From the NCBI GenBank assembly GCA_038087875.1, contig CM075988.1:18168001-18232000 (forward strand): a stretch of 64,000 nt of DNA. Direction: 5' to 3'. The notes beneath the pieces are model-generated. The model saw only the letters and a list, made by a program, of their open reading frames with translations, made no database searches and had not been told where the DNA came from. This stretch comes from Malacoraja senta. Its lineage: Eukaryota. This document shows, one piece after another, positions 50,772 through 64,000 of this stretch. The translations under genes were made by a program, and so were the position numbers. Every line of letters starts with the position of its first letter. The stretch's first letter is position 1.

Positions 50772-51485
50772 TGCAGTGGCTGCCTCGCCAACAGTCTGTC
50801 TGTCCTTTCTTCTTTCTGTTATTTTTAGTATGTGTTAAAAAGTATGTTATTAGTGTTCCTTGGTTTGTTTTATGTGGGGGGGTGGGGAGGGGGGATTGGG
50901 GGAAAACTTATTTTCAATCTCTTACCTCGATAGAGATGCGATTTTATCCCGTATCATATATCTCTCCCCACTGCAGCCTAACATCGCGGAGTTGGTGGCC
51001 TTTCCTGGAGACCGACCCTGCGCTCCAAGTCTGCGGGAATTTAACATTGCGGAGCTTGCGATCCCTTTGCCGGGGATTGAAGTACCAACCGCGGGGCCTG
51101 TGGACTTTAACGCCGTGAGGCCCGCGGTCTCTGGTAAGAAGAGGCCGACTCGGGAGCTCCATGCCGTGGTGAGAGTTTCAACCGCCCCAACGCGGGAGTT
51201 TCGATCACCCCGACGGGGGCATCGATCGTCGGCTGCGGGGGCTTTGATCGCCCCGACTGCGGATGGTTTGACTGCCCCAACCACGGGAGAACAAGAGGAA
51301 GTAGATTGAACTTTATTGCCTTCCATCACAGTGAGGAATGTGGAATCCACTGTGATGGATGTTCATGTTAACTTTTATATGGATGTGTGTCTTGTTGCTT
51401 TTCACTTAGTATGGCTGTATGGTAACTCAAATTTCACTGTACCTTAATTGGTACATGTGACTATAAACTGACCTTGAACCTTGAA
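50772..51485 (+). mobile_element. GC-rich non-coding retroposon related to 29549-30391 but with a Rex1-like tail, inserted in an HE1 SINE; 5' fragment also at ~11020-11250
   Basis: Shared tggctgcct...cagtc, G-tract, tacct...gagatgc and tgccttcc.tcacagtg modules; tail ttcactgtacc...gtacatgtgactataaac. Confidence 0.65.
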
Positions 51486-52759
51486 ACAAACAGGCCTTCG
51501 GCCAGCGATTCCTGCACACTGACACTATCCTACACACACCAGGGACAATTTACAATTTTACCAAAGCCAATTAACCTACAAACCTGTACGTCTTTGGAGT
51601 GTGGGAGGAAACCGGAGCACCTGGAGAAGACCCACGCAGGTCACGGGGAGAACGTACAAACTCCGTGCAGACAGCGCCCCGTCAGGATCGAACCCGAGTC
51701 CCTCGCGCTGAAGGACATCAACATTACCGCTGCGCCACCCTGCTGTACCAGCTCCTTAATTCGAAGGCACAGAAAGGATGAGGGAAGCAGGGGGCCCTTG
51801 CTCTCTGCACCAGCTAACCCTCTCACACGCCCCAGATGATCAGTGGGGAACGTGGGGCAAGTCCTGGCCCATGAACCATGGGCACGGCTCAACGCTCCGA
51901 GCTCTCTCCATCAGCCTTCTGTTTCCTTCTGAAACTCTGCATCCACAACAGATTCAGCTTCATTACATTCCATGTACTGATGTGGGCTGTGACCTTGGTA
52001 TTGAGCTGTTTGCTTTAGTTCAGGCAGGCTCAGGATCGGGTATATATCAATGCATCATTGAGTGTTTAAGATTCTGCCGCGTGTTACTCAAACTGTCTGA
52101 AAGCCACGGGTTCAGGCAAACTGCAAGCCAGATGCACCCGTGTTGGCGATATTCGGAGATGGCCTTTGTTCAGTGACTGACTCCATACTGTCTTCCACAA
52201 CGTACAAAAAACATTGAAGCTGTGAGTGTCTACGCCGTGCTGGAGAACTGTGGAGCAACCGATCTCCAGCAAACCGAGCAGAACACTAGGCAGAGAGCTG
52301 TGGATGGCCTTCCCTCTCTGAATGGACCGATTGTTTGATAGGCGCTGCATGGAAACTGGCCCACCAAGTCCACGCTGACCATCGATCACCTGTTCACACT
52401 TGGTCTCTGTTATCCCACCGTCTCATCCACTCCCTGCACACGAGGGGTCAAACCCGCACGTCTTCGGGTCGTGGGAGGAAATCTATGCGGCCTCAGAGAG
52501 AACGTGCAAACTTCACACAGACAGAATCCAAGGTCAGGATCGAGCTTGGGTCTCTGCCGCTGTGAGGCAGCAGCTCTACCCGCTGCGCCACTGTGCCGCC
52601 CTTTACTTTGCTTAAAATGAAAGGCGGCTCATTGAAACTGATAATATCTGTTTATCATACATTCATGAATAAGGTGCTTCAGCCCCCGACAGGAGCAACA
52701 GCTGCCAGGCCAGGGGAGTGGGGAGTAGGGGGCCACAAACTCCCCCCGAGGATGTTATG

Positions 52760-53196
52760 TTGCCAAGTGTCGAGGGCCTGAGCTACAGAGAGAGGTTGTG
52801 CAGGCTAGGACTCTATTCCTTGGATTGCTGGACGATGAGGGATGATCTTGTAGAGGTGTAAAAATCATGAGAGGAACAGATTGGGTAAACGCATGGAGTA
52901 TCTGGCCCAGAGTAGGGAAATCGAGAACCAGAGGACATGGGTTTAAGGTGAGGGGAGAAGATTTAATAGGAACCTGAGGGGTGACTTTTTTACACTAAGG
53001 ATGGAATGAGCTGCCTGAGGAGGTAAGTTGAAGCAGGTACTTGCAACGTTTCAGAAACATTCAGATGGCTACATGGCGAGGATAGGTTTAGAGGGATATG
53101 GGCCAAACGCAGGGAGGTGGGAGTAGTGTAGGGATATGTTGGTCGACGTGGGCAAGTTGGGCTGAAGGGCCTGTTTCCACGCTGTATGACTCTATG
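52760..53196 (+). mobile_element. Degraded CR1 LINE 3' fragment
   Basis: GLSYRERL.RLGLYSL... and the CR1 3' UTR ending gctgtatgactctatga. Confidence 0.75.
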
Positions 53197-54604
53197 AGTC
53201 TGTGAGTAAGTCGGCAGCACAGTCTGTCAACTCTCTCCACCAGAGCTTGGCAACAAGATGACGCAGACCAGCTCCCAAGCTTCAATAAATAAGCTTGTTT
53301 TTTTTGTCAAGGATTTAATTCACACTTTGCAAATGTGAATTTCACACCCTGTGCAAAATTCCTTTTGGTTTTCTGTGCAATTAACAGTCATTTTTGTTTC
53401 GTCTAGAAACAGAAGTACTGATTTTCCCCTACCCCAATATACTGGACAACTGGGTGAAATAGGCCCACCACGCTGACCATCGATCGCCCGTTCCACACTA
53501 GTTCCATGTTAACCCACTTGCTCACCCACTCCATGCACACTAACAGCTAATATACGGAGGGCCAGTTATGCCTCAAACTCGCACGTCCTCGGGACGCGGG
53601 AGGAAACCAGAGTACCCGGAGGAAACCCACGCGGTCCCAGGGAGAACTTGCAAACTCCACACAGAGATTAACGGAAGTTCAGAAGCATTTAGATATCACT
53701 GAAGGGGTGACTAGGGAACTCGTCCCTTCATCCGGACTGAAATGGCCGCCTTGGTTCCAACTCGCAGGATATTTGGGAATCTTGGGGAGATGGGAGGATG
53801 GGAAGTTTCCTATCATTCACACTTGCGACAGTCTGCATTTGGCACGGGCTGTTTGTCAAAGAGCTTTTGTTCCTTCTGCTCTTGCCTGGGAGGCTCAGAG
53901 AGTGCCGCAGACACTGCAGTTCGTCAGCACCTCCACCAAGCCAACAGAAGTTCTAGGAGCAGAATTAGGCCATTCGGCCCATCAAGTCTACTCTACCATT
54001 TAATCATGGCAGATCTATTTTTCTCTCTCAACCCCATTCTCCTGCCTTCTCCCCATAACCCCTGACAACCATACTAATTAAGAATCTATCAACCTCCACC
54101 TTAAAAATATCCATTCACTTGGCCTCCACAGCTGTCTATGGCAATGAATTTCACAGATTCACCACCCTCTGACTAACGAAATTCATGTTCATAAGATAGG
54201 AGCAGAATTAGGCAATTTGGCCCATCAAGTTGACCGCTACTCAATCATGGCTGATCTATCTCCCCCTCCTACTGGCCTCCAGAGCCTTCCTCCTCATCTC
54301 CTTTCTAAAGGAATGTCCTTTTATTCTGAGGCTATGGCCTCTGGTCCTGACTCTCCATTCTAGACCATCCTCTCCATATTCACCCTATCCAGGGCATTCA
54401 CTGTACGACCATTGTCCCTGTTATGCAGTACTTATTCCACAAGCGTTCCCTGATGCAGGAGTTGGGCCCAGTGAACATCACAGGCCTCATCCTCACCCGA
54501 TGCGTCTTCACAATGGAGGCGGCACCCAGCTACCAACGTCCTCACCCAACATGACACAAACCTGGCACATTTTCTGATCTATGTTTCATCTTGTGATGAA
54601 ACAG

Positions 54605-55680
54605 TCTGCATTGCTGGCTTCACAGCTTGGCTTGGCAACAGCCCTCCCCAAGACTGTAAAGGGGCTGTCCCACTTGGGCGACCTAATTGGAGAGTTTAGA
54701 AAAGTTTAGGAGAGTGTGAAGAAATGTCATGTAGAAGACCTCCTTCGACTATGTAGAAGACATCCTTCGATTATGTTGAAGACTAGCTTCGATTAGCTAC
54801 CGCTAACTTCAGGAAAATTGGACACCAAATAGTGGAGAGTGAAGACGACCTCATTCGATCTCCTTCGAAACCCTTCGACTATGATGAAGACTATCTACGA
54901 CTACCTTACACTACCTTTGATTACCCACAACTAACATGCCGACCTACTACACCCTACTATGACTAAACCTACGAGTAAAAAAAGTATCGATTTTTTCCAT
55001 GGCGACCTTTTTTACTCGCGGGCATTTTTCAGCATGTTGAAAAATACGCCGCGACTTAGCTGAGGCCTCGAGTACGCGGGGACTACTCTCGAGCATGAAG
55101 GAGAGTTACAAAGACCTCCTAGGACCTCGTGTCGACCATGCTGCGAGTATGAGTCGAGGGCAAACTCGCCAGAACTAGTGGATTAGGTCGCCCAAGTGGG
55201 ACAGCCCTTTAAGAATGTGCAGCAAGTTGTGGCTGTAGTCCCAGTCCATCATACAGACCAGACTCCCCACCATTGACTCCATCTACACTTCACGCTGCGT
55301 CGGGAAAGCAGCCAACATAATCAAGGACCATTTATACCCCGGTCATTCCCTCTTCTCTATTCTCCAGTCAGGTAGAAGATACAGAAGCTTGAGAGCATGT
55401 AGCTGTTATCGGGCTACTGAATGTAGACCTGATCTTCCAACCTACCTCTTTGCAGTTCTTGCATTCTAAAAAATCTCCACTTTCTCTGAAACTGCGATGA
55501 TTTTATTTCTCGGGTTGTACTTTTTCTCTGTGACTGTAATGTTATAACGCTGTAACACTCTGTTCCGCACTCTGGTATATTGCTCTCTGCACTAGCGCGT
55601 GGCTTGATGTATATAGTATGATTAGATAGCACACAAACAAAGCCTTTCACTGCATCTCAGTACACATGACAATAATAAAC
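54605..55680 (+). mobile_element. Rex1/Babar-like LINE 3' fragment (host of the MITE)
   Basis: LPTIDSIYTSRCVGKAANIIKD...PGHSLFSILQSGRRYRSL, plus a 3' tail ttcactg...gtacacatgacaataa. Confidence 0.7.
54660..55209. mobile_element. Non-autonomous PIF/Harbinger-like DNA transposon (MITE)
   Basis: TIRs a(g/a)gggctgtcccacttgggcgacctaat; TAA duplicated. Removing the element and one TAA restores the reading frame of the flanking LINE (AWLGNSPPQDCKNVQQVV). Confidence 0.88.
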
Positions 55681-56404
55681 CAATGGCAATAAAAAGACAC
55701 TTTATGCAGGACGGCTTAAAATTTCATGGTGTCAAAGGGAAATACAGTATGGAGATAGGCCATTCGGCCCACTGAGGCCGTGACAATCACCAAACACCTC
55801 TCTTATAACTCTAATAACTAATCTCATAACTCTAACACTCCAACCACTTTAATCTCCCCACATTCTTTGGCATTAACTCGGACCCTTGCTGCACTGAGGT
55901 ACATTGTGCACAGGTTAGCAAGGGTGAAGATTGCTACTTTCCAGACTCTTGATTTCCAAGTCTTAAGTAACTGGCATTTTCACCACGGCCATTAGTGGCT
56001 ATTTCAACTACTCATGATTTGCTTTGTTAGTCTCATCAATGTATTGATGCACAGAATGCAGACAATTAGATGCAGACCCCAGCGTCCATGCCAGAGGCGT
56101 CAGGCTGCTGCACTCCGTGTCTGAAACCCTCCTCCCTCCAACTGTGCCAAGCCACACCATGCATCACACTTACTGGGCATCAATATGTCCCCTGGTTCCT
56201 AAACGGTCTTTATCATAACAAGTCAAATAACATTCACTTCAGGCCTCAATTTTCCAGTTTTTAAGGACCACTATGACCCTATGACACTGGGAGATGGGCC
56301 CTGTGGCCACATTAACTCCTTGCACCCTCCCCTGGACTACAGTTACTCACCACTTGCGGGCACCCAGCCACAGCTCAACTGACTGGATCGCCAACAGTGT
56401 TGAG

Positions 56405-56700
56405 TTGAGTTTTGAAATACAGCACAGAAACAGGCCCTTCGGCCCACTGACCAGCGATCCCCGCACATTAACACTGCCCTACACACACCAGGGACAATTT
56501 TTTATATTTCTATACCAAGCCAATTTACCTACAAACCTGTACGTCTTTGGAGTGTGAGAGGAAACCCAAGATCTCGGAGAAAACCCACGCAGGTCACGGG
56601 AAGAACGTACAAACTCCGTACGGACCAGCACCCGTGGCCAGGATTGAACCCGGGTCTCTGGCGCCGTATGGCAGCAACTCTACCGCTGCGCCACCGTGCG
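56405..56700 (-). mobile_element. HE1-type V-SINE (further copies near 32680, 39158, 42463, 46280, 46700, 49005, 49660, 51485, 52340, 53455, 59290, 61585, 62822)
   Basis: Same motifs; more than 20 copies or fragments in the window. Confidence 0.8.
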
Positions 56701-58523
56701 CTAATAAATGCAAGGCATCTTTTTTTGTCCAACTCCTAGAAAGAAGCTCATTCCCCCTTGGCCAGGCGTTGCTGAACATTTACATGAATTCCCAGAATCT
56801 CAACTTTATTACGGAGACATCTTGTTATCAGATCTCCCTGCATATGGAAATACAGCAAATTAATTAGTCTCTAGATCCCAGTCCAAATAAAATGTATTTA
56901 AATTAGAACCTCACCTGACGTGAAGCTACAAGGAGTCTCTGTTCTGATCAGTGGAATAGCAACAACATTAGTAAGCAGCAAAATTATGCACAGATTAGAA
57001 GGGGTTAAAAACACAGACCAATCTCCCAGAGACACACCAACAATAGACGGCACAGCTGTGGAGCAATAACACATGCAGCACCTGCATTAAAATAACATGC
57101 TTCTTCCAAAAATAACCAACAGTCGTGGCAAAGCAAGCCTTAGAGTGGGGGATTCTGTTCTGCTCCCCGTCCCATTGCGGGAAGGGGGAGTGTTGGTGTT
57201 GAATGGCCAGGTCAGCACTGCAGGTTCCAGTCCCGACCCTCCTACCACCAGTTAAAGGCAGCAGCTTACCGCTGCCGCTGCGGCCTTGACCTGCAGCAAC
57301 TGCAAGGGACGTACCTTTACAATGGAGGCGTGGTGGAATTTCTTTCGCCAGAGGGCAGTGAATCTGTGGAATTCGTTGCCATGGGGGGCCGCGGACGGCT
57401 GAGTCATTGGGTATTTTTGAAGCGGAGATTGATGGGTTCTTCAATGGGGGGGCGTCAAAGGTTACGGGGACAAGGTGGGAAAATGGGGCTGAGAGGGAAA
57501 GATAGATTAGCCATGATCGAATGGCGGAGTAGACTTGATGGGCCGAATGGCCTAATAGTGGTCTTACGACTTATGAACATGATCGCTACCAAAGTTATTA
57601 GCCATGTGATCAAAAAATTATTTATCTATAAAATTATCTAGCTTAAAGCTAAATTATTTTAAGAAAATAAATATTGTTAAGAAGGAACAGGTGACTTTGA
57701 TTCCTGGTTTGATGAATCCAATTGTGCCAATATTTATACGTCACCACTCATTATCAACCACCCTCTACTCTCACCGTCTGATGTTCCCCAATAACCAAAG
57801 GCATGATGAACGGGTAAGGTGCACGTTCGTGACATTGGCTCATTGTTTGCTGTGACCTGCGCTCCCATTATTAAATAGCTCATCTCCAAAAATAAGTTGA
57901 TTCTGAAGTCCTGAAAGTCCCCCCTGGGTTCGATTAAGTCTCAGCTCTCCAGGCTGGGCCAAATTTCGTTTCAGTTTTAAAAGAAAACGGTGGGATTTAC
58001 TTTGGGTAATTAACCTCCCAGTTTAATCAACAGTAATTTCAGTGTATTTTAGGGCTGGATATTGTCCACCCTATCGCTAGAGATTCACTCCTACCTCCAC
58101 TAGAGTGGGGAGCCAGATTTCAGAGGTGGAGCATAAAGTACAGTCGAACTTCGCCCAGCAGAGGGACGGAGGGAGGATATCAATGATATTACTGGGGTCA
58201 CCTTTCCCACAAGGGGCCAAGTTGGACTTACCTTTCTCCTTCTCATTTTCCCTCAAGCAACAAGTTTCATGGTGGATCTTAATAGTTTGGTTCCCATGTT
58301 TGAGTTTAGGTCAAGAGTTTAGTTTATTGTCACGTGTACTGAGGTGCAGGAAAAGGCTTTTGTAGTGTGCTAACCAGTTAGCGGGAAGACAGAATGGGCG
58401 GGTCAGCTTAGTGACGGGGCAGACCCCCAGCTCCTTGCCTTTGGCTGGCGGCTGTCAGGACGTTGGATATCACCCAACTCCACATGGCCACCATGAAGCA
58501 GAAACCCATGACCATTAAATGTC

Positions 58524-58705
58524 TAGGAACTGCAGATGCTGGTTTACACCGAAGATAAGACATAAAAAGCTGGAGTAACTCAGCGGGTCAGGCAGCATCT
58601 CTGGAGAAAAGGAATAGGTGACATTTCGGGTCGAGACCCTTCTTCAGACTGATAAGTGTCTCGACCCGAAATGTCACCCATTCCTTCTCTTTTGCGTCTA
58701 TCTTC
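58524..58705. mobile_element. Fold-back Penelope-derived mini-element (partial second arm)
   Basis: Inverted arms; ttaaatgtc on both flanks. Confidence 0.65.
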
Positions 58706-59900
58706 ATTGTTAAATGTCCGCAGGGTTTTCAGGATGGGGGGTGGGTGGGTGGGAAGGGGACGATGGTTTGGGACCATTGGTCTCACCGGATGGAATCTGC
58801 CTGTCCCCACGGTGCAGTATGAGTGAGAGACTCTGGGAGTCAGCCTGCACATTGGGGGAAAGTGTCGGACCGCCTTTGCCAGGCAGTGTCACACCTCTCC
58901 AATGGCAGCCTTGTCGCTGCAGCCCGGAGCATGGTCCAAGGCTGCAGGTAGGAACGGAGCTCTTCAGCCCCAGTAACTGGAGCCAGTTATCAACAGCTGA
59001 TGGGAGGGCACTACTGGGCAGTAGAAGGAGGAAGACCCCTCATTCTGGCCACCTCAGGCACCAGTGAGAAAGGTCCCTCTGAGGCAGCGATATACTTGGA
59101 GTGAGTCTTTCCTCGTGTTGGAATGCTCTATAGGCCAGGAGAAGTTTATTTCAGAAAGAACTGCAGAAGCTGGTTTACACCGAGGATAGACACAAAATGC
59201 TGGGGTAACTCAATGGGCCGGGCAGCATCTCTGGAGAGAAGGAATGGGTGACGTTTTGGGTCGAGACCCTTTTTCGTGCCCTTTTAGCTTAATTTTGTTT
59301 AGTTTAGAGATACAGCGTGGAAATAAGCCCTTTGGCCCACCTTTTCTACCCTATACACTAGGGACAATTTACAAAGGTTAATTAACCTACAAACCTACAC
59401 TGCTTTGGAATGTGGGAGGAAAATGGAGTACCCGGAGAAAACCCACACAGTCACTGGGAGAAACGGAGAAACTCCCTGGAGACAGCACCCGAGGTCAGGA
59501 TCGAACCCAGGTCACTGGCGCTGTCAGGCTGCAACTCTACCGCTGTGCCGCCCTTGAAGCTGGATGGGTCTGTGGTACAGGGGCCATCTCTCCCTTCATG
59601 GTGTAGGAAGGAACTGCAGATGCTGGTTTAAACCGCAGATAAGACACAAAAAGCTGGAGTAACCAAGCGGGTCAGGCAGCATCGCTGGAGAAAAGGAACA
59701 GGTGACTTTTCGGGTCGAGACCCTTCTTCGGAAAGGGTTCATGGTACCAGTCAACCTGACCCTTGTGGAACCGGGCAGGACGTCCAGGGTTTGGGGTAGA
59801 GTTTGGACTACAACCCCCCCCCCCCCTCCCCCCGCACCCCGCTCCCGAGCCTTGCCTTGCCATGAAAACAAAGTTGAAATAAAAGTCAAGTTGTACCAAC

Positions 59901-59933
59901 CGTGGGTTGATGGCTCTGCTGTCGGCGATGTAG
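59901..59933 (-). CDS. CADM1: CADM1 33-nt alternative stalk exon (mammalian exon 9 equivalent)
   Basis: tcccttgtgtag|CT ACA TCG CCG ACA GCA GAG CCA TCA ACC CAC G|gttggt = (A)TSPTAEPSTH. Same length and phase as mammalian DTTATTEPAVH, with similar sequence. Confidence 0.85.
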
Positions 59934-61382
59934 CTACACAAGGGAACAGATGGTTTGAGGAAGGATACGACAGGTGGAGCAGCATGCACAGGGCGGGAAA
60001 AATGGAATAGAAATGTGAAGAAGCATCCAAGAAATTCCATGACAACAAGCAACAATTAGATTGTTAAAAAACTCCAAACAAGTGAGGGTGGGGACGAGAG
60101 GGGTTGGGTTCACCTTAAGCTGTAAATTATAAAGAAACCAGTGAATGATCACCTGATCATAAGACCCAGTCACATGGTACACCAAATTGCAGTTGTCAAG
60201 GGAACAATGATTAATAATGATTGCAACAATTACATTAAAAAACAGCGGAAAAGCACAAACAGCATCACATTGCTCCTTGCTCCGGCGTTCCGTTAAAATT
60301 TGGTTCTCAGGGAAAGAGAGGGTGAGGATCTAAGGCCATTTCCTCCGCGCCCATCTTAGTCAGTCAGTGTTGCATTTCGCTTGGCGTCTTTAATGGCAAG
60401 AACCCACAGACTCGTGGACACCACCAATAGCTCCGATTGAGGCCAGGTTGTGTGGCCGGTTATAGTGCGTGACTTACAAGAGATCGGCCTTTGTTCAATA
60501 GCAATTTTATGGGAGGAAATTGCCAGGAAAGGGTCCCTAGAAGGCGAGAACCATGTTTCAACAATATTTCATCTCAGCTGATAAAATGAGAGTGAAAAAC
60601 ATTTAATAAACACTTTCATAAATAGTAATTAACAGCTCGTCGAGAGGGCGGTTCCAAGTCTAGCGTTGCTGACTCTCACCAACGAAGGAGGGGCCAGTTT
60701 GGGCCACTGCCTTCTCTCGAGACATCTCCTTTGTGTTCAGCAAGATGTGCGTTTTTATCACTACTTGTTTTTATATATAAAAGCTGAAGATTCCGATGTG
60801 TAATTGCTCCCAATTGACTTATCGACACCTGGCCCAAGCTGAGCGCTACACATTACACTTGGTAATATACACGCCTGCCTCTCAATTTATTAATACGCTT
60901 AAAGAAATGTGCTTTACATCAGGGGGGGGGGGGGGAAACCAGTCATTCCGATGCTCCTGTGAACAATAACAAATTGGATTTTAAATTCAAAACGGCAGAT
61001 GCTGAGTCAAGTCTATTATAGCCGGCTGCTCAGGTATGCCTTCGAGGATTACAAATTGATGGAAGAGTTACTCAACATTGAGTTGGCTCTGAGGGCCGGT
61101 ATAGATTTAAGCTCACAAATAAATTGCTCTTCTAAAATTAGGTGAGAGGTCACTTCTTGCCAGTTGCAGCTTCACGCGGTAAAGATCCCAATTAGCTTTA
61201 TTGGCTAAATCTAATGAATGCGGGCACGGTCCAAGACAAATAACATCTTCGGAAGTATCCCGGGGGGGTAGGAATGTCCTGCTCTTCCTGCTTGGACTTT
61301 TGCTGCCTTGCTTTGGCTGGCAGTAAGATAGGGAAACACACACCGATTACAGAGATTACTGTAGGTAAATGGCACACAGGAA

Positions 61383-61575
61383 TGTGTGTGTGCGTGTGTG
61401 TGTGCGCATGTGTATGTGTGTGTGCGTGTGCATGCCTGTGTGTGTGTCTGTGCGTGTGCATATCTGTGTGCCCGCGTCTATATGTGTATGCATGTGTGTG
61501 TGTGCGCGTGTATGTGTGTGCGTATGTGTGCGCGCGTGTATTTGTGTTTGTACACACACTTGTGTTTGTGTACAT
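61383..61575. repeat. Degenerate (TG)n / alternating purine-pyrimidine tract
   Basis: Direct reading. Confidence 0.9.
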
Positions 61576-64000
61576 GCTTGATTGAAAGATACAGCATGGA
61601 AGCAGGCCCTTCAGTCCACACCAACCATCAATCACATTTTCACTAGTTCCACCATTTTCCCATCCACGCCCTGCACACTGGGGACAATTTTAGAAGCCGA
61701 TTAACCTACAAACCCATCCATCCGTCTCTGGGATGTGGGAGGAAACCGGAGCACCCAGAGGAGTCCTATGGAGTCACAGGGAGAATGTGCAAACTGCGTA
61801 CAGAGAGCACCCCCGCAGGTCAGGATTGAACTCTGGCGTTGTGGCAGCAGCTCTACCAGATGCGCCACCGTGCTGCCAGGTGTGTCTTGGGTCGGAGTGT
61901 GTGCATCCACAAAAGACAGGGTGTGCCAAGGTGCTTGCATTTAAGAAATAGTACAGATGTACCAATGAAAGAGTGAAGGGGGAGATGTGTGTTGCTGTGT
62001 GTCTGTGTGCGAGAAGTAGTGTAACAGAATGAGAGTGAGAAAGATTGTGTGGGTGAGTGTGACTGAGTTGTGAAATACGGGGTCCAGCATCAAGCAATGC
62101 CCCTGGTTACAGGTTAAGATGGCGCCCACCCCATGTGACTATTTGCGAGCTAGCCACAGAAGCAGATCTAGTCACATACTACAATCGCTCCACACTTTTA
62201 AATCTCTCCTCCTTCAGCAACATTCCTTACTTTAACTACGATCTTCTTAAACTAAACGCTATTCCCTTATCATCTATCTTTACACTGTAAATGGCTCGAA
62301 TGTAATCATGTGTTGTCTTTCCGCTGACTGGTTAGCACGCAACAAAAGCTTTTCACTGTACCTCGGAACACGTGGCAATAAACTAAACTGAACTGAGATT
62401 CCTTCAGGATGGGTTGAGGGGGTGATCAGGTGCCTGTGTGTACCACTACCTCAGTGTGATTGTAATCCTTGTTGTAGTTGCCTCCACATCACTAACATAC
62501 ACATCATATGTTAGTGACCCAGCCATTTGCTCTCCAGTACCCATAGATGCATCGAGGCATTCCGTAACTCATAACGATTTTGTTCATCAACATTACTGAA
62601 TGATAAATGGACACGAACAGCCTGCAATAATGCTTTGTGTGTTTGACAGAATCCAAATTACATTGGATTGGACTCTTCAAGAGAGAGAACACTTGGCACT
62701 TTTATGGTTCTGCTGTTTAATGAGACATTTGCAGTTTGATGACTTCTGCTGTGAGATAACAACGTGATAATACTAAACGCATTAGGGGCTGAAGTTGGTT
62801 AGTTTGCTCTTGAAGTGGAAGTTTGGTTTAGTTTAGTTTAGAGATACGGCGTGGAAACAGGCCCTTCGGCCCATCCAGTCTGCGCCGACCAGTAATTCCC
62901 GCACACACATAACACTATCCTAAAACAGACAAGGGGCAATGTACCATTTAAAAAAAATCTAAGCCAATTAACCTACAAACTTGTACATCATTGGGGTGTG
63001 GGAGGAAACCGGATCACCAGGAGAAAACCCACGCAGTTCACGGGGAGAACGTACAAACTCTGTAAAGACAGCACCCAGTAGATTTTAACAGCATTTAGAA
63101 AGAATGTAATTGTTGCCACAGATATAACGGAGAAAACTGAGGCTTCAGTCAGGATTTAAGGACATGATCTAATTTATGGGGCGTGCACCCATTTAGCATT
63201 CACATTTTCATAACCAGTCTGACGACTTTGACAGCTGTACTTACTGGATTGGATCGACTTCATGAATCCTTCTTCACCAGACATGGACAGAGATTAAATT
63301 TGACATTTGGATTTGATCCAGAGACAATTTAAACATTTTAAATGGAATGGCAATTGTGCGTGGGTACGGATGGAATATTTTAAAAGTTGAACACACAGCA
63401 GGAGCTGCCTCATTGTAATTGCCCTGGGTGGAGAGTGACTCACTAACTCAATGGAGAACTGCTCAAAATGCCTCAGGATGGAGTTTTGTCTGCCACTTCT
63501 CCATTAGTACGGGTGTCAGCGGTACCGGGGCCAAGGCAGGAGAACGGGGTTGGGAGGAAAAGATCGATCAGCCATGCACTTGATCAAGTCGAGATGATGG
63601 GCCGAATGGCCTCTTCTGCTCCTAGAACTTATGAACATTAACTTGCCCAAGGGTAGACAACAACGGGAGTTGAACCGTTCAAGAAACTTCAGAACCACTG
63701 CTTGCATCTGTGCATGTTGGTGTTGAAATTCCCGACCAAAAACAGAAAACACACTGCAAATACTCAACAGGTCAGGCGGCATCTGTGGAGCAGTGGAATT
63801 AAAATCCTGAAGCATTAGTACGGAGATTGGTCTCCCGTTGGGTTGTGAAATGTACATTGCAATAATATGTGCGATGTACGTCTCACGTCCAGTTTAGCCA
63901 AACTCTGATGGAAAGTTAGCCCCCGTTAGCCACTCTGCAGAGGTTGGAGATGAACTGTGTCCCTCAGTGCCCACACCGTTCCTGGCCTGGTGAGAATGTC

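Noticed and set aside
60478..60536. 59-nt exon-like segment on the minus strand (ttctag|...|gtaagt)
   Set aside because: It would shift the frame and has no similarity to known CADM1 exons; unsupported without RNA data.
61198..61646. His/Thr- or Cys/Val-rich ORFs
   Set aside because: Translations of the (TG)n tract.
60000..64000. CADM1 Thr-rich exon 8 and Ig-domain exons
   Set aside because: Not found; presumably they lie beyond the right edge of the window.

Overview
Repeat-rich vertebrate genomic DNA. The repeat content (HE1-type V-SINEs, CR1/HER1-type LINEs, Penelope-like elements) points to a cartilaginous fish, probably a skate or ray; this is an inference. The only host gene I can recognise is the 3' part of CADM1 on the minus strand. 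It comprises a 33-nt alternative stalk exon (59901-59933), the transmembrane exon (41282-41410), the terminal exon ending EYFI* (37580-37698) and a ~2.5-kb TE-free 3' UTR. About 1-35 kb is intergenic. The most notable signal is a ~130-140-bp retroposon present in two copies (44708-44848 and 48604-48732), each with a 13-15-bp TSD and a (GAA)n tail. Its first 54 nt fold into a complete minimal HDV-like double-pseudoknot ribozyme with a CPEB3-type core, and the predicted cleavage site coincides with the element's 5' end. Hammerhead-core-like motifs also recur in Penelope-derived repeats, several of which form TSD-flanked fold-back hairpin elements. Other items: two PIF/Harbinger-like MITEs, a Tc1 fragment, an L1-Tx1 fragment, a teleost-AFC-like SINE, an E-box minisatellite and a candidate new CADM1 microexon. 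All family assignments come from motif recognition by eye with no database searches, and most repeat boundaries are approximate.
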